34,270 nucleotides of DNA, from contig NW_021831738.1 in the NCBI RefSeq assembly GCF_006345805.1, positions 1 through 34,270 of the forward strand, read 5' to 3'. How positions within the stretch are numbered: the stretch's first letter is position 1; each line of letters starts with the position of its first letter. Shown one piece after another: positions 23,543-34,270 of this stretch. The stretch is from Octopus sinensis. Its lineage: Eukaryota. The position numbers were made by a program, and so were the translations under genes. Under the pieces are notes generated by a model. The model had not been told where the DNA came from and made no database searches. It worked only from the letters and a program-made list of their open reading frames with translations.

Positions 23543-23762
23543 TATTTCTTTACAGCCCACAAAGGGCTGCACACAGAGGGGACAAACAAGGACAAACAAA
23601 CGGATTAAGTCGATTATATCGACCCTAGTGTGTAACTGGTACTTATTTAGGAAGAAAGGCAAAGTCGACCTCGGGAGAATTTGAACTCAGAACGTAGCGG
23701 CAGACGAAATACCCGCTAGGCATTTCGCCCGCCGTGTTAATGTTTCTGCCAGCTCGCCGCCT
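23543..23762 (-). mobile_element. SINE family B inserted into a SINE family A copy
   Basis: Complete head and tail; flanked by tttct(t)tgcagtttcc at ~23528-23542 and ~23771-23786. Confidence 0.85.
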
Positions 23763-23770
23763 TGAATTTA

Positions 23771-23927
23771 TTTCTTTGCAGTTTCCGTCCACCAAATGTG
23801 CTCACAAGGCTTTGGTTGGCCCGGGTGTATTGTAGAAGAGAGGAGACACTTGCCCAAGGTGCCACACAATGGGACTGATCCCAGAACCAAGTATTAGGAA
23901 GCACATTTCTTACCGCACAGCCACCTT
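23771..23927 (-). mobile_element. SINE family A 5' part (host of the nested insertion; remainder at ~23519-23542)
   Basis: gacacttgcccaaggtgccacacaatgggactga..taccgcacagccac. Confidence 0.8.
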
Positions 23928-24287
23928 AGTCATCAAGAAAAACCAAATAAATTATCGGACACACTTAGGAATATTACAAAAAAAATTTTTATATTTTGTG
24001 TATTGTAGAAATATAACCATTTTATTGAACATGATTTTTAACAAAATAATCTTATAACGACACCCCAACCAAGGGTCATATGGTCCCTAATTGAAAACCA
24101 CTGCTCGAGACTGTTGTAAAGGAATAAACGAACTCAATTCTCTACAGAGCAACTAATAATATTTAATGATGGCTACGGTTTTGCAAACTATCGCAGCAGT
24201 CACTTACACAACACGTCCTCTGATGTCGATAGTAAGCTTAAAACATAGCGAGAGATGTCAGCAGACGTGACCAAAGATCAATCTCTT

Positions 24288-24420
24288 ATCTTTTGTCTTT
24301 CTCTTGTTTCAGTCGTTGGGCTACGGCCATGCCGGGGCACCACTTTTGCCCAATCACTACATGACAGGGATATTAAGAAACCAACGCCCATTGTCAAGCG
24401 GTGGTGGAGAACAAGCATAA
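24288..24420 (-). mobile_element. SINE family A tail fragment
   Basis: cttgtttcagtc..gcggccatg-like segment and gtcaagcggtggtgg. Confidence 0.6.
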
Positions 24421-24464
24421 ACTCGAGAATACATGCACAAGACCAGCAATTTCGAGGCTGGAGG

Positions 24465-24880
24465 TAAGTCGATTGCATCGACCCCAGTGTTTAACTGGTA
24501 CTTATTTTATCGACAACAATGTTCAACAGCTGCTTACTTAATCGACCCCGAAAGGATGAAAGGCAAAGTCGACCTCGGCGAAATTTGAGCTCAGAATAAA
24601 AAGATAGTTGAAATGCCGCTAAGCATTTTGCTCGGTGTGCTAACGATTCTGCCAGCCCGATAGACATAATACTGGTTTGCAATTGTGGCACAAGGCCAGC
24701 AAGTTATGGGGGCGGTGCTAAATCGGTTATGTCGACCCCAGTGGTATACATTTTTATCGAATTCGAAAAAAATGAAAGGCAAAATCGACCACAGCGAAAT
24801 TTGAACTCAGAACGTAGAGACGTACGACATGCTGCTAAGCATATTTTTGCCCGGCGCGCTAACGATTCTGCCAGCACGCT
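24465..24880 (-). mobile_element. Two tandem SINE family B copies (24465-24660 and ~24670-24880)
   Basis: atcgaccccgaaaggatgaaaggcaaagtcgacc-like body and gctaacgattctgccagc head, each twice. Confidence 0.85.
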
Positions 24881-25983
24881 GTTTTATCTCCAGTTGATAC
24901 TAAATAGTAAGTGAGGATGTATACAGATGATTGTCTTTGTTGCAGAGATTAGGCATCTTTGGAGTATGTTCTGAACTCTAACGATATGCAAGCTACCAAA
25001 TGTAGAATATACTTTGAGACATAAATATCTTAAGTATCCTTTCCGATTCACTAAAAGAACGATGCAGTTTATAACTGCTATGAGGATCAAGACCAAATTT
25101 CCTTCTGTTGCTTCCAACAAGAAGTGGGAGAAAGACGACGAAGAAACATAAAAGACAGCCAAATTCCAGACTTCTGCATAGCACATGTATGTAGATTTCA
25201 AGGATGCGTTCATTTTCCCAATCCGTATCGCAAAAATGATATGGCGCCATGATCATACGGCATGGTTCCACTTGCTCAGTAAAAATCCTTGATTTGACGT
25301 TTGGAATGCAGTATGGAGTGAATATACGAAAGACAGAACTTAGAATACGGAGAGCTAAGGGAATCATGCGAGGTACCAAGATGGCACTGGTCTTTACTTC
25401 CAGTACAAGTAGTAGTTTTCTATACAGCTTCGCAATGGTTTACCTTGGTAGCAAGAAATTTAGAAAGTGTAGCAACACAGTGATTTGTGGTCTGCAAAGT
25501 GAAGTGGGAAATGGCTCATGATGGATGACACAGACAGATGACAGAAAGACCATAGCTAGAAATAAAGGATAAATCGTCAGTAAATAGTAACACAAAATTG
25601 GTGATGTTTACAAATTCGTTACTTAAGTTTCATAGTCAAGCTCCGATTTGGACTCTTATAGAGTACAAATTAGCGAGTAAGTCATTATTCAGGAGAAAAA
25701 CCAATGGATAATCACTTTGGGGTGAAACCTTTTAGATAACTATAAACGGCTGATAGCTTTAAGCAAAGGATATAATAAACAATTATCCTTTTTTGGGAAC
25801 TCATAAAGTTTGGTACCAATAATCTCTAAAAACAATAAGCATGACTATAAAGAGGGTCCTCCCCTAGTCATACGTCTACACACACACATATATATACACA
25901 CACACACATACACACACACACACACATACACACAATCGTGTGTGGGCATGTACAAGCATACACACACACACACATATATATGT

Positions 25984-26017
<34 letters not shown>

Positions 26018-26184
26018 ATATATATATATATGCGCATACACACGTACACAAACACAAGCACACACACACATGGATTTGTATGTATACATGTGTGTGTGTG
26101 TAGACAGGTAGCAAAAAACGTAACAACAAGGATATGTTTACTTATTAGTTTCACGCGAGAGAAATAGAAAGCTTTCATTAAAAT

Positions 26185-26211
26185 GACGTTTCGGATACAT
26201 TCCTTCATCAG
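26185..26211 (-). ncRNA. Minimal hammerhead core with canonical nucleotides
   Basis: CUGAUGA-A-GGA(augua)UCC-GAA-ACGU-C with a GUC cleavage triplet. The flanks do not form helix I. Confidence 0.5.
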
Positions 26212-26651
26212 GAGAGGTTGTAGGTTAAAAGAGGAAGAAATGAATGAAGATACACCGCAAAAATTTTAAAAAGCAATGGAAACGAATATACTCACAGGGA
26301 GTTGTATATAGAAACGATGTACTTATATCGCAGTATCTGGACTTACTAGCGTAACCTATTGCATTGACGGGTCAACATGATTGTCATATTTTCGAATATC
26401 AAACAAAAGCAAGCTGAAAAGCTAATCCTAAATACATCACCATCAGCAACAACAACAGCAGCAACAACAAAAACATACGAAATACAATAAAAATTAATAT
26501 TGAAATATAGAAACATATCGAAAGAAATTTTCAGAAAAGACAAATGGAAGTAAGAAAAAACATATTTTATATATATTTTTATATATAATTCTTTTTAGAT
26601 ATATATGATTTATCTTCAGTCGTTGTTTTGTCCTTGACATTGAGTTGCAGA

Positions 26652-26756
26652 GGCGGTGGTGGAAGTAGTGGTGGTGATGGTGGTGATGGTGGCGGCGGCG
26701 GAGGCGGCGGAGGCGGCGGAGGCGGTGGTGGTGGTGATGGTGGTGGTGGTGGTGGC
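26652..26756. repeat. (GGT)n/(GGC)n/(GGCGGCGGA)n repeat
   Basis: Directly visible. Confidence 0.9.
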
Positions 26757-26959
26757 TATACTCTGGTTCAATAGACGTTTAGTGATCTTTACTTGGAAAT
26801 GTCAGTAGCAATTAGTCGACTAGTAAGTAACAGGGCACTAGAGATGTTCCCGTTTAAATAGATAGACAAAATGTCATTGGTGCTAATTTGGAAATATGTG
26901 AACGTGGCAAACTATAGCTGTGTGCATACGTGTCCACGTATATGCGTGCGAATCTATCT

Positions 26960-26988
26960 CTGCATACATACACACATACATACATACA

Positions 26989-27019
<31 letters not shown>

Positions 27020-27024
27020 TATAT

Positions 27025-27062
<38 letters not shown>

Positions 27063-27091
27063 CACATAGAGACATAAGTAATTATACCATG

Positions 27092-27171
<80 letters not shown>

Positions 27172-27746
27172 TACATACGTATGTACGTAGATGCGTAATT
27201 ATATGTGGTATATCTATTAATGTATTTATGTATTTGTGTAACGACATCTATAGATAGGTGTTTGTGTGAGTGTCGCGGCTTGTGTGTGTGTATGGACAAC
27301 GCACCTACATACGGATACTTATAAACTCATATGTATATACAAATTAAGATATAATCACTCTTACGAATACCCATTGGTATATGTGTGAAAGTATGTGAAT
27401 GTACTTATATATGTATGCATATATGAATATGTGTATGTGTATGTATGTTTATATATATATGTATGTATATAAGTATATATATATATGCGTGTGTATATGT
27501 ATATATATATATGATTGATTCTATGTAGGTGTCGTCTAAATGTATAGGACTGAACTATTAATTTGGTGTAAGCATTTAGATAAAGAGGAAAATGGATTCA
27601 CTTTTGTTATTTGGGGGAGCGGTGCTGTCGTGGGTGTCATAATAATGTAGTTAAAACAATCGGTCCTTATGTAGTGTCCTGATAATACATACATATACAC
27701 ACACATACATATATACATATGTATGCGTGTGTGTGTGTGTGTGTAT

Positions 27747-27792
<46 letters not shown>

Positions 27793-28010
27793 ACACACAC
27801 TCATATAGTTTATTTAAAAGGTCGAATGCTACATATGTACATTTGTTTCTCTCCTGTGCAAGACTGTCAAGCATTGAAGAAATTAATTATTCTTACACAC
27901 ACGCGTTGCACACACACAGACACACACATACACACACACACACACATACACACACATATACATCTATCCATCCGTCCATCCATCCATCCATCCATACATA
28001 CATACAAGCA
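26960..28010. repeat. (TACA)n/(TA)n/(TG)n/(CA)n microsatellite cluster
   Basis: Directly visible. Confidence 0.85.
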
Positions 28011-28314
28011 TGCATTGCAAGGTCTACGTCTACCTAGAAGAAAGACATTGCGAAAAACATAATGAGATAGGCCGCTTAGGTAAAGGAGAGAAACTGTTGC
28101 GTAGATCTTTGTCTTTTATGAAAAATGAGTGGTGGGTTCGCTTTTCTTGTAGTGTTCTTTTTCTTTTTTCTTCTTTTCTTCTTCTTTTAGCTTTTAAATA
28201 TCGAAGCTTATGCAATCATTTCCATGTATTTACATTTAAAGATAAAATATTTTCATAAATTATCCGTATAAAGAAATACGAAAGTGCGAAATAATTGACA
28301 TAAAGCAAAGGTGC

Positions 28315-28872
28315 AGCAGTTACTGCCTGACTTGACAGCATTCACCCGGAGTGGGTTGAGCTGGCTTCATTCATCCTCAATGCTGCATCTCTCACAAACG
28401 CCGACCAGGCCTGGCGATTTGAGGCTAACGACAGCGTGATCTCCAACCACTCCTTATTCTAGCGGCGAACACCGTAGATATGGGGGCCTAGGTTGGGTTC
28501 CAGATCAGCCTTGACTGTCATCAGCAAAGTTTTTCGTTGTCCACCACATCTCTTTCGCCAACCCTGAAGGGGAGCTGGGGCAATTACTTCGTAAATAAAT
28601 TTTCCTGGTTGGCGACGGAGGGCATGACCCAGCCAACGCAGACGTCTCGTTAGGATGACTTGTCGGAGGGAGGTGATTCTGCACTGGTGTCGCACCGAAT
28701 TGTTGGAGACAAAGTGATGCCATCGGACACGAAGGATGCGGCGTAGAGAGAGGTGATCGAAGGATTCTTGTCGCTTAATATCTTCCGCCCTCATTGGCCA
28801 TGACTCGCTGCCGTAAAGGAGAATCGTTCGGACTAGTGCTTGGTAGATCCGTACTTTGGTGGTGCGTCGGAT
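28315..28872 (-). mobile_element. RTE-clade LINE 3' end (SR2-like), relatively well preserved
   Basis: RTTKVRIYQALVRTILLYGSESWPMRAED..FDHLSLRRIL..RRLRWLGHALRR..GWRKRCGGQRKT..GPHIYGVRR*NKEW..ASNRQAWSAFVRD, with one internal stop. Confidence 0.9.
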
Positions 28873-29169
28873 CAGTTAGAAACATGAACATGTAAGGAAT
28901 GGCTATTTATATAATATGGCGGATTGTGTTTGTGTCACTGGGATATTAGAACGAAGGAATTTAACGGGTGCTTGAAAATGCTAGACAATTGTTGGAAAAT
29001 ATAACGTAGTTTCACTTTTAGTTTGAATTTAAATAATTTTCTTACTGTTTTAAATAGTGAAATGTTAAAAGTTAAACATTTTACAAATTAAATATGTATA
29101 CTGAAAGGTAATGACAGAATTTTTAAAATACCGACGGTAAAAAATTATTGAGTCATAGTTATTGACTGA

Positions 29170-29340
29170 GGAAATTTTATCGAACGACTCCTAAATCACC
29201 GCAAAAATATCATCAATAATAGTATTAAAAATATCTCACCTAGACAGTTAAAACACTGTTCGCCAAAACATCTTTAGTGCCTTTGTAATATATTACAAAG
29301 ATGCTTTGAATAACAATGGATATACTAAAGAAATTATAAG
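29170..29340 (+). pseudogene. Probable Penelope-like element RT thumb/linker relic
   Basis: NFIERLLNHRKNIINNSIKNISPR then, after a frameshift, YYKDALNNNGYTKEI, resembling the PLE SNHP..I..R..Y..AL..SGY motif. Confidence 0.4.
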
Positions 29341-29909
29341 TACAGTTTTGCCGATTGGTTAAAAAGTTCATCCCTCAATCATATGGATAATATAGGAAGT
29401 TGCTTAAATTACGAGGGACATCAAGGTGATTTGCAGCTATAATGTAAAGTATAGCGGTGTGATTGAAAAAACTGTAAATTCTCATTCATTCTATTCATAT
29501 GTTGGGGTTTACATTAATGATAATTAATCGTCCATCATCTCTGTATAGTCCACCTAAACGTGCAAGAACTTAACAGTATGTGGCAGTTCTAATAGTGAAT
29601 GGTATTTTCTTTGTTAAAATTAGCACACTGCTCATAATTTAGGCAACCCCTCATCTCCACTTTTGAAAGTATAGTGACGTATATATTTCACAGTAGCCTA
29701 ATAAGACTAAAATATACCCGAACTTTTGTTTAGTACATAGTGAAATGATTGAAAAAGTATTGAATATTGGGCTAGAGCTTCTTATCTTTTCCTCACCGCA
29801 TATGTATTTTTAATTAGAATTCTGATATACATTCCAGTGAATCTGTTAGTACTAATGTAAATATATTAAAGCGCGTTATAAATTATTATTAAAACTGATT
29901 GTTCAGTTT

Positions 29910-29939
29910 GTATGTATATGTATATGTATACATACATAC

Positions 29940-29970
<31 letters not shown>

Positions 29971-29971
29971 G

Positions 29972-30041
<70 letters not shown>

Positions 30042-30110
30042 TATATTTATTTATATATATATTATATATACATATATAATATATATATATATATATAGTA
30101 GTATTATATA

Positions 30111-30170
<60 letters not shown>

Positions 30171-30190
30171 AGTATATATAGATATATATC

Positions 30191-30217
<27 letters not shown>
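29910..30217. repeat. Imperfect (TA)n tract
   Basis: Directly visible. Confidence 0.95.
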
Positions 30218-30223
<6 letters not shown>

Positions 30224-30560
30224 AATATAAGAGAGTGGTCAATATATTGCTCACTCTAGCACCAGTTAATCCAAAAGTTTCAACCACGAAGATACATGTT
30301 TCCCATGAAAGCCAGTACGACTGTTAGCTCACGGACAGGGCAAGTAAAAAAAACAAAAATACAGATTATTTTGGACAATTGTTTCGCTATTAATGAATTA
30401 AATGTAATATTACTTACAAAAAAATCCATTTGTAGCTCGTCAGCCAAGACTATCTGGATGAAATCCACTCAATCACACGCCAGATTTTACCATAACGATA
30501 AATACGCGTGTGGTTCAATTGATTACATCCGACGTTATAATTCAAATGCCCCAACCAACA
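30218..30560 (-). repeat. Inverted partial copy (~340 bp) of the ~540-bp tandem unit
   Basis: Reverse complement of the unit segment tgttggttggggc...ctcttatatttgtttt. Confidence 0.95.
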
Positions 30561-30564
30561 AATA

Positions 30565-33083
30565 GATTTTTTTGTAAGTAATATTACATTTAATTCATTA
30601 ATAGCGAAACAATTGTCCCAAAATAATCTGTATTTTTGTTATTTTTTACTTGCACTTGTCCGTGTGAGCTAACAGTCGTACTGGCTTTCATGGGAAACAT
30701 GTATCTTCGTGGTTGAAACCTTTTGGATTATTAACTGGTGCTAGAGTGAGCAATATATTGACCACTCTCTTATATTTGTTTTGTAAAAGTATTGTAATAT
30801 GTTATAAAATATTATAATAATCCAGGTTTCTCGTAGCACTAGGCCACTTGGTGTGTGAATAAATATACTATTAAATTAGTATCTAATTCTCTCACCCTTA
30901 TTAATTATTATAATATGCTGCATTTATTTCTAATGCTGTATTGTTCTCCGTGAAAGTTTGGCGCCGCTGTTGGTTGGGGCATTTGAATTATAAGTCGGAT
31001 GTAATCAATTGAACCACACGCTATTTATCGTTATGGTAAAATCTGGCGTGTGATTGAGTGGATTTCATCCAGATAGTCTTGGCTGACGAGCTACATATGG
31101 ATTTTTTTGTAAGTAATATTACATTTAATTCATTAATAGCGAAACAATTGTCCCAAAATAATCTGTATATTTTTGTTTTTTTACTTGCCCTGTCCGTGTG
31201 AGCTAACAGTCGTACGGCTTTCATGGGAAACATGTATCTTCGTGGTTGAAACCTTTTGGATTAACTGGTGCTAGAGTGAGCAATATTGACCACTCTCTTA
31301 TATTTGTTTTGTAAAAGTATTGTAATATGTTATAAAATATTATAATAATCCGTTTCTCGTAGCACTAGGCCACTTGGTGTTGAATAAATATACTATTAAA
31401 TTAGTATCTAATTCTCTCACCTTATTAATTAATTATAATTATGCTGCATTTATTTTAAATGCTGTATTTGTTCTCCGTGAAAGTTTGGCGCGTGTTGGTT
31501 GGGGCATTTGAATTTATAAAGTCGGATGTAATCAATTGAACCACACGCGTATTTATCGTTATGGTAAAATCTGGCGTGTGATTGAGTGGATTTCATCCAG
31601 ATAGTCTGGCTGACGAGCTACAAATGGATTTTTTTGTAAGTAATATTACATTTAATTATTAATAGCGAAACAATTGTCCCAAAATAATCTGTATTTTTGT
31701 TATTTTTACTTGCCCTGTCGTTCCGTGTGAGCGAACAGTCGTACTGGCTTTCATGGGAAACATGTATCTTCGTGGTTTTGAAACCTTTTGGATTAACTGG
31801 TGCAACTGGTGCTAGAGTGAGCAATTATTTGACCACTCTCTTATATTTGTTTTGTAAAAGTATTGTAATATGTTATAAAATATTATAATAATCCAGGTTT
31901 CTCGTAGCATAGGCCACTTGGTGTTGAATAAATATACTATTAAATTAGTATCTAATTCTCTCACCCTTATTAATTAATTATAATTATGCTGCATTTATTT
32001 CTAAATGCTGTAGTGTTGTTATTTGTTCTCCGTGAAAGTTTGGGGCGCGTTGGTGGTTGGGGCAATTGAATTATAACGTCGGATGTAATCAATTGAACCA
32101 CACGCGTATTTATCGTTATGGTAAAATCTGGCGTGTGATTGATTGTGGATATTCATCCAGATAGTCTTGGCTGACGAGCTACAAATGGATTTTTTTGTAA
32201 GTAATATTACATTTAATTTAATCATCATTAATAGCGAAACAATTGTCCCAAAATAATCTGTATTTTTGTATTTTTACTTGCCTGTCCGTGTGTGAGCTAA
32301 CAGTCGTATGGCTTCATGGGGAAAACATGTATCTTCGTGGTTGAAACCTTTTGGATTAAACTGGCTGCTAGAGTGAGGCAATATATTGACCACTCTCTTA
32401 TATTTGTTTTGTAAAAGTATTGTAATATGTTATAAAATATTATAATCATCAGGTTTCTCGTAGCACTAGGCCACTTGGTGTTGAATAAATATTACTATTA
32501 AATTAGTATCTAATTCATCTCACCCTTATTAATTAATTATAATTATGCTGCATTATTTCTAAATGCTGCTGTATTTGTTCTCCGTGAAAGTTTGGCGCGC
32601 TGTTGGTTGGGGCATTTGAATTATAACGTCGGATGTAATCAATTGAACCACACGCGTATTTATTCGTTATGGTAAAATCTGGCGTTGTGATTGAGTGGAT
32701 TTCATCCAGATAGTCTTGGATGACGAGCTACAAATGGATTTTTTTTGTAAGTAATATTACAATTTCATTCATTAATAGCGAAACAATTGTCCAAAATAAT
32801 CTGTATTTTGTTTTATTTTTACTTGCCCTGTCCGTGTGAGCTAACAGTCGTACGGCTTTCATGGGAAACATGTATCTTCGTGGTTGATGAAACCTTTTGG
32901 ATAAAATGGTGCTAGAGTGAGAAATATATATTGACCACTCTCTTATATTTGTTTTGAAAAGTATTGTAATATGTTATAAAATATTATAATAATCCAGGTT
33001 TCTCGTAGCACTAGGCCAATTGGTGTTGAAAAAATACTATTAAATTAGTATCTAATTCTCTCACCCTTATTAATTAATTATTA
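30565..33083 (+). repeat. Tandem array of a ~540-bp unit, about 4.6 copies
   Basis: Anchor gatttttttgtaagtaatattac at 30565, 31100, 31627, 32188 and 32737 (periods 535, 527, 561 and 549). Confidence 0.97.
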
Positions 33084-33139
33084 TATATATATATAGATAT
33101 ATATATATATATTATACATAATATATATATATTTATATA

Positions 33140-33277
33140 TGCGACAGTTTCTTTCAGTTTCCATCTAACATATCCACTCAAAAAGGCCTTGGTTGGCCCG
33201 AGACTACAGTAGAAGACTGAACCTGGAACCTTGTGATTGCGAAGCAAGCTTCTTACCATAAAGTCATACCTGCGCCT
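33140..33277 (-). mobile_element. SINE family A 5' part
   Basis: ttctttcagtttccatcta..ggcccgagactacagtagaagac..gcaagcttcttacca..cctgcgcc. Confidence 0.8.
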
Positions 33278-33324
33278 ATATGTGTGTGTGTCTGTGTGTA
33301 ACTTTTCTTTGTTTGTGAATTACG

Positions 33325-33526
33325 GCTGCCATTGGTATCATGTTCAGAAAAATAGGGAAATATTTTAGTGTCTTAACAATGTTTCAAGCCGATTACATGG
33401 AGCGATCACGAAGCGAGATTGTCTTCCAAAACGGAGGCGAATACCTTTCTCCATGTGACCGGCTTGAAAAATGCTTAAGACACTAAGATATTTTCCTACT
33501 TTTCTTAACATGAAACCAACGGTAGC
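33325..33526. mobile_element. Fold-back/MITE-like element with 78-bp inverted arms
   Basis: Arms at 33325-33402 and 33449-33526, ungapped, about 12 mismatches; 46-bp spacer. Confidence 0.8.
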
Positions 33527-33940
33527 ATTCATTTCATCTTTCAACATTACAATATATAATATATATATATATTATATATATAATATATATATATATATTA
33601 TATATATAATTATAATTTAGGGATCTAAGAGATACACCACGCCGGAAATAGCAGTCAAAACTTCACTCTAAAACCCACATTAAATGTTCATTCAGCATCA
33701 GGAGAGAGAAGACAAAGAGACAAAGAGACAAAAAAATAAAATAGCAAAAAATTACTCGATGATTCAGATCCGGATTCTGGCTCTACATAAGAAAATGCTC
33801 TGTCTTCATCAGTGGAATATACTCAGAGAAAGCACAAAATACAAATATATATATACATACATACAACATACGATATACTTTGAAGTTTTTTATTCCCATG
33901 CTGGTCACCTGATAAGATCGGTATTATATCGATCTGATCC

Positions 33941-34009
<69 letters not shown>

Positions 34010-34270
34010 TATATATATATTATACATAAATATTATACATACATATATACTACTTGGAAATGGATGCGTTTCCCCCACCTCTCTCTAATTCCCTTTCTTC
34101 CCTTCACCATTTTTATCTCTCTCCCTCTTTCTTTCTCTCTCTTCTCTCGCTCTCTCTCCGTTGCTCACATTTGACTATCGTCCATCTTTCTTTTCCTCTC
34201 GTGATCACCTTTTTTCCTTGGACTGTTCCTTCAGGTGGGCGTATTCTATCTTTTCCCTTTTCAAAGAAAA

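Noticed and set aside
34075-34270. CT-rich segment with cgtgatca resembling the interior of the 3282-4320 element
   Set aside because: Similarity is mostly low complexity and the segment is cut by the window end.

Overview
AT-rich, microsatellite-saturated eukaryotic non-coding DNA. The SINE and LINE repertoire points to a coleoid cephalopod, most likely Octopus (inferred from recognised repeat types, not from a search). No complete protein-coding gene is supported, and nearly all listed ORFs are simple-repeat read-throughs. The window holds about 20 copies or fragments of three tRNA-derived SINE families, several with clear target-site duplications (TSDs). It also has decayed 3' ends of non-LTR retrotransposons (two RTE, two R4/Dong-like, one CRE-like), a probable Penelope-like (PLE) RT relic and a mariner-type MITE. 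A 75-bp minus-strand exon candidate lies at 472-546. Less ordinary items are (i) several minimal hammerhead-ribozyme-like motifs, some inside small inverted- or direct-repeat elements (PLE/retrozyme-like), (ii) a ~540-bp tandem array of about 4.6 copies with a fold-back inversion between (TA)n tracts, which may be an unpolished-read or amplification artefact, and (iii) a 78-bp-arm hairpin element.
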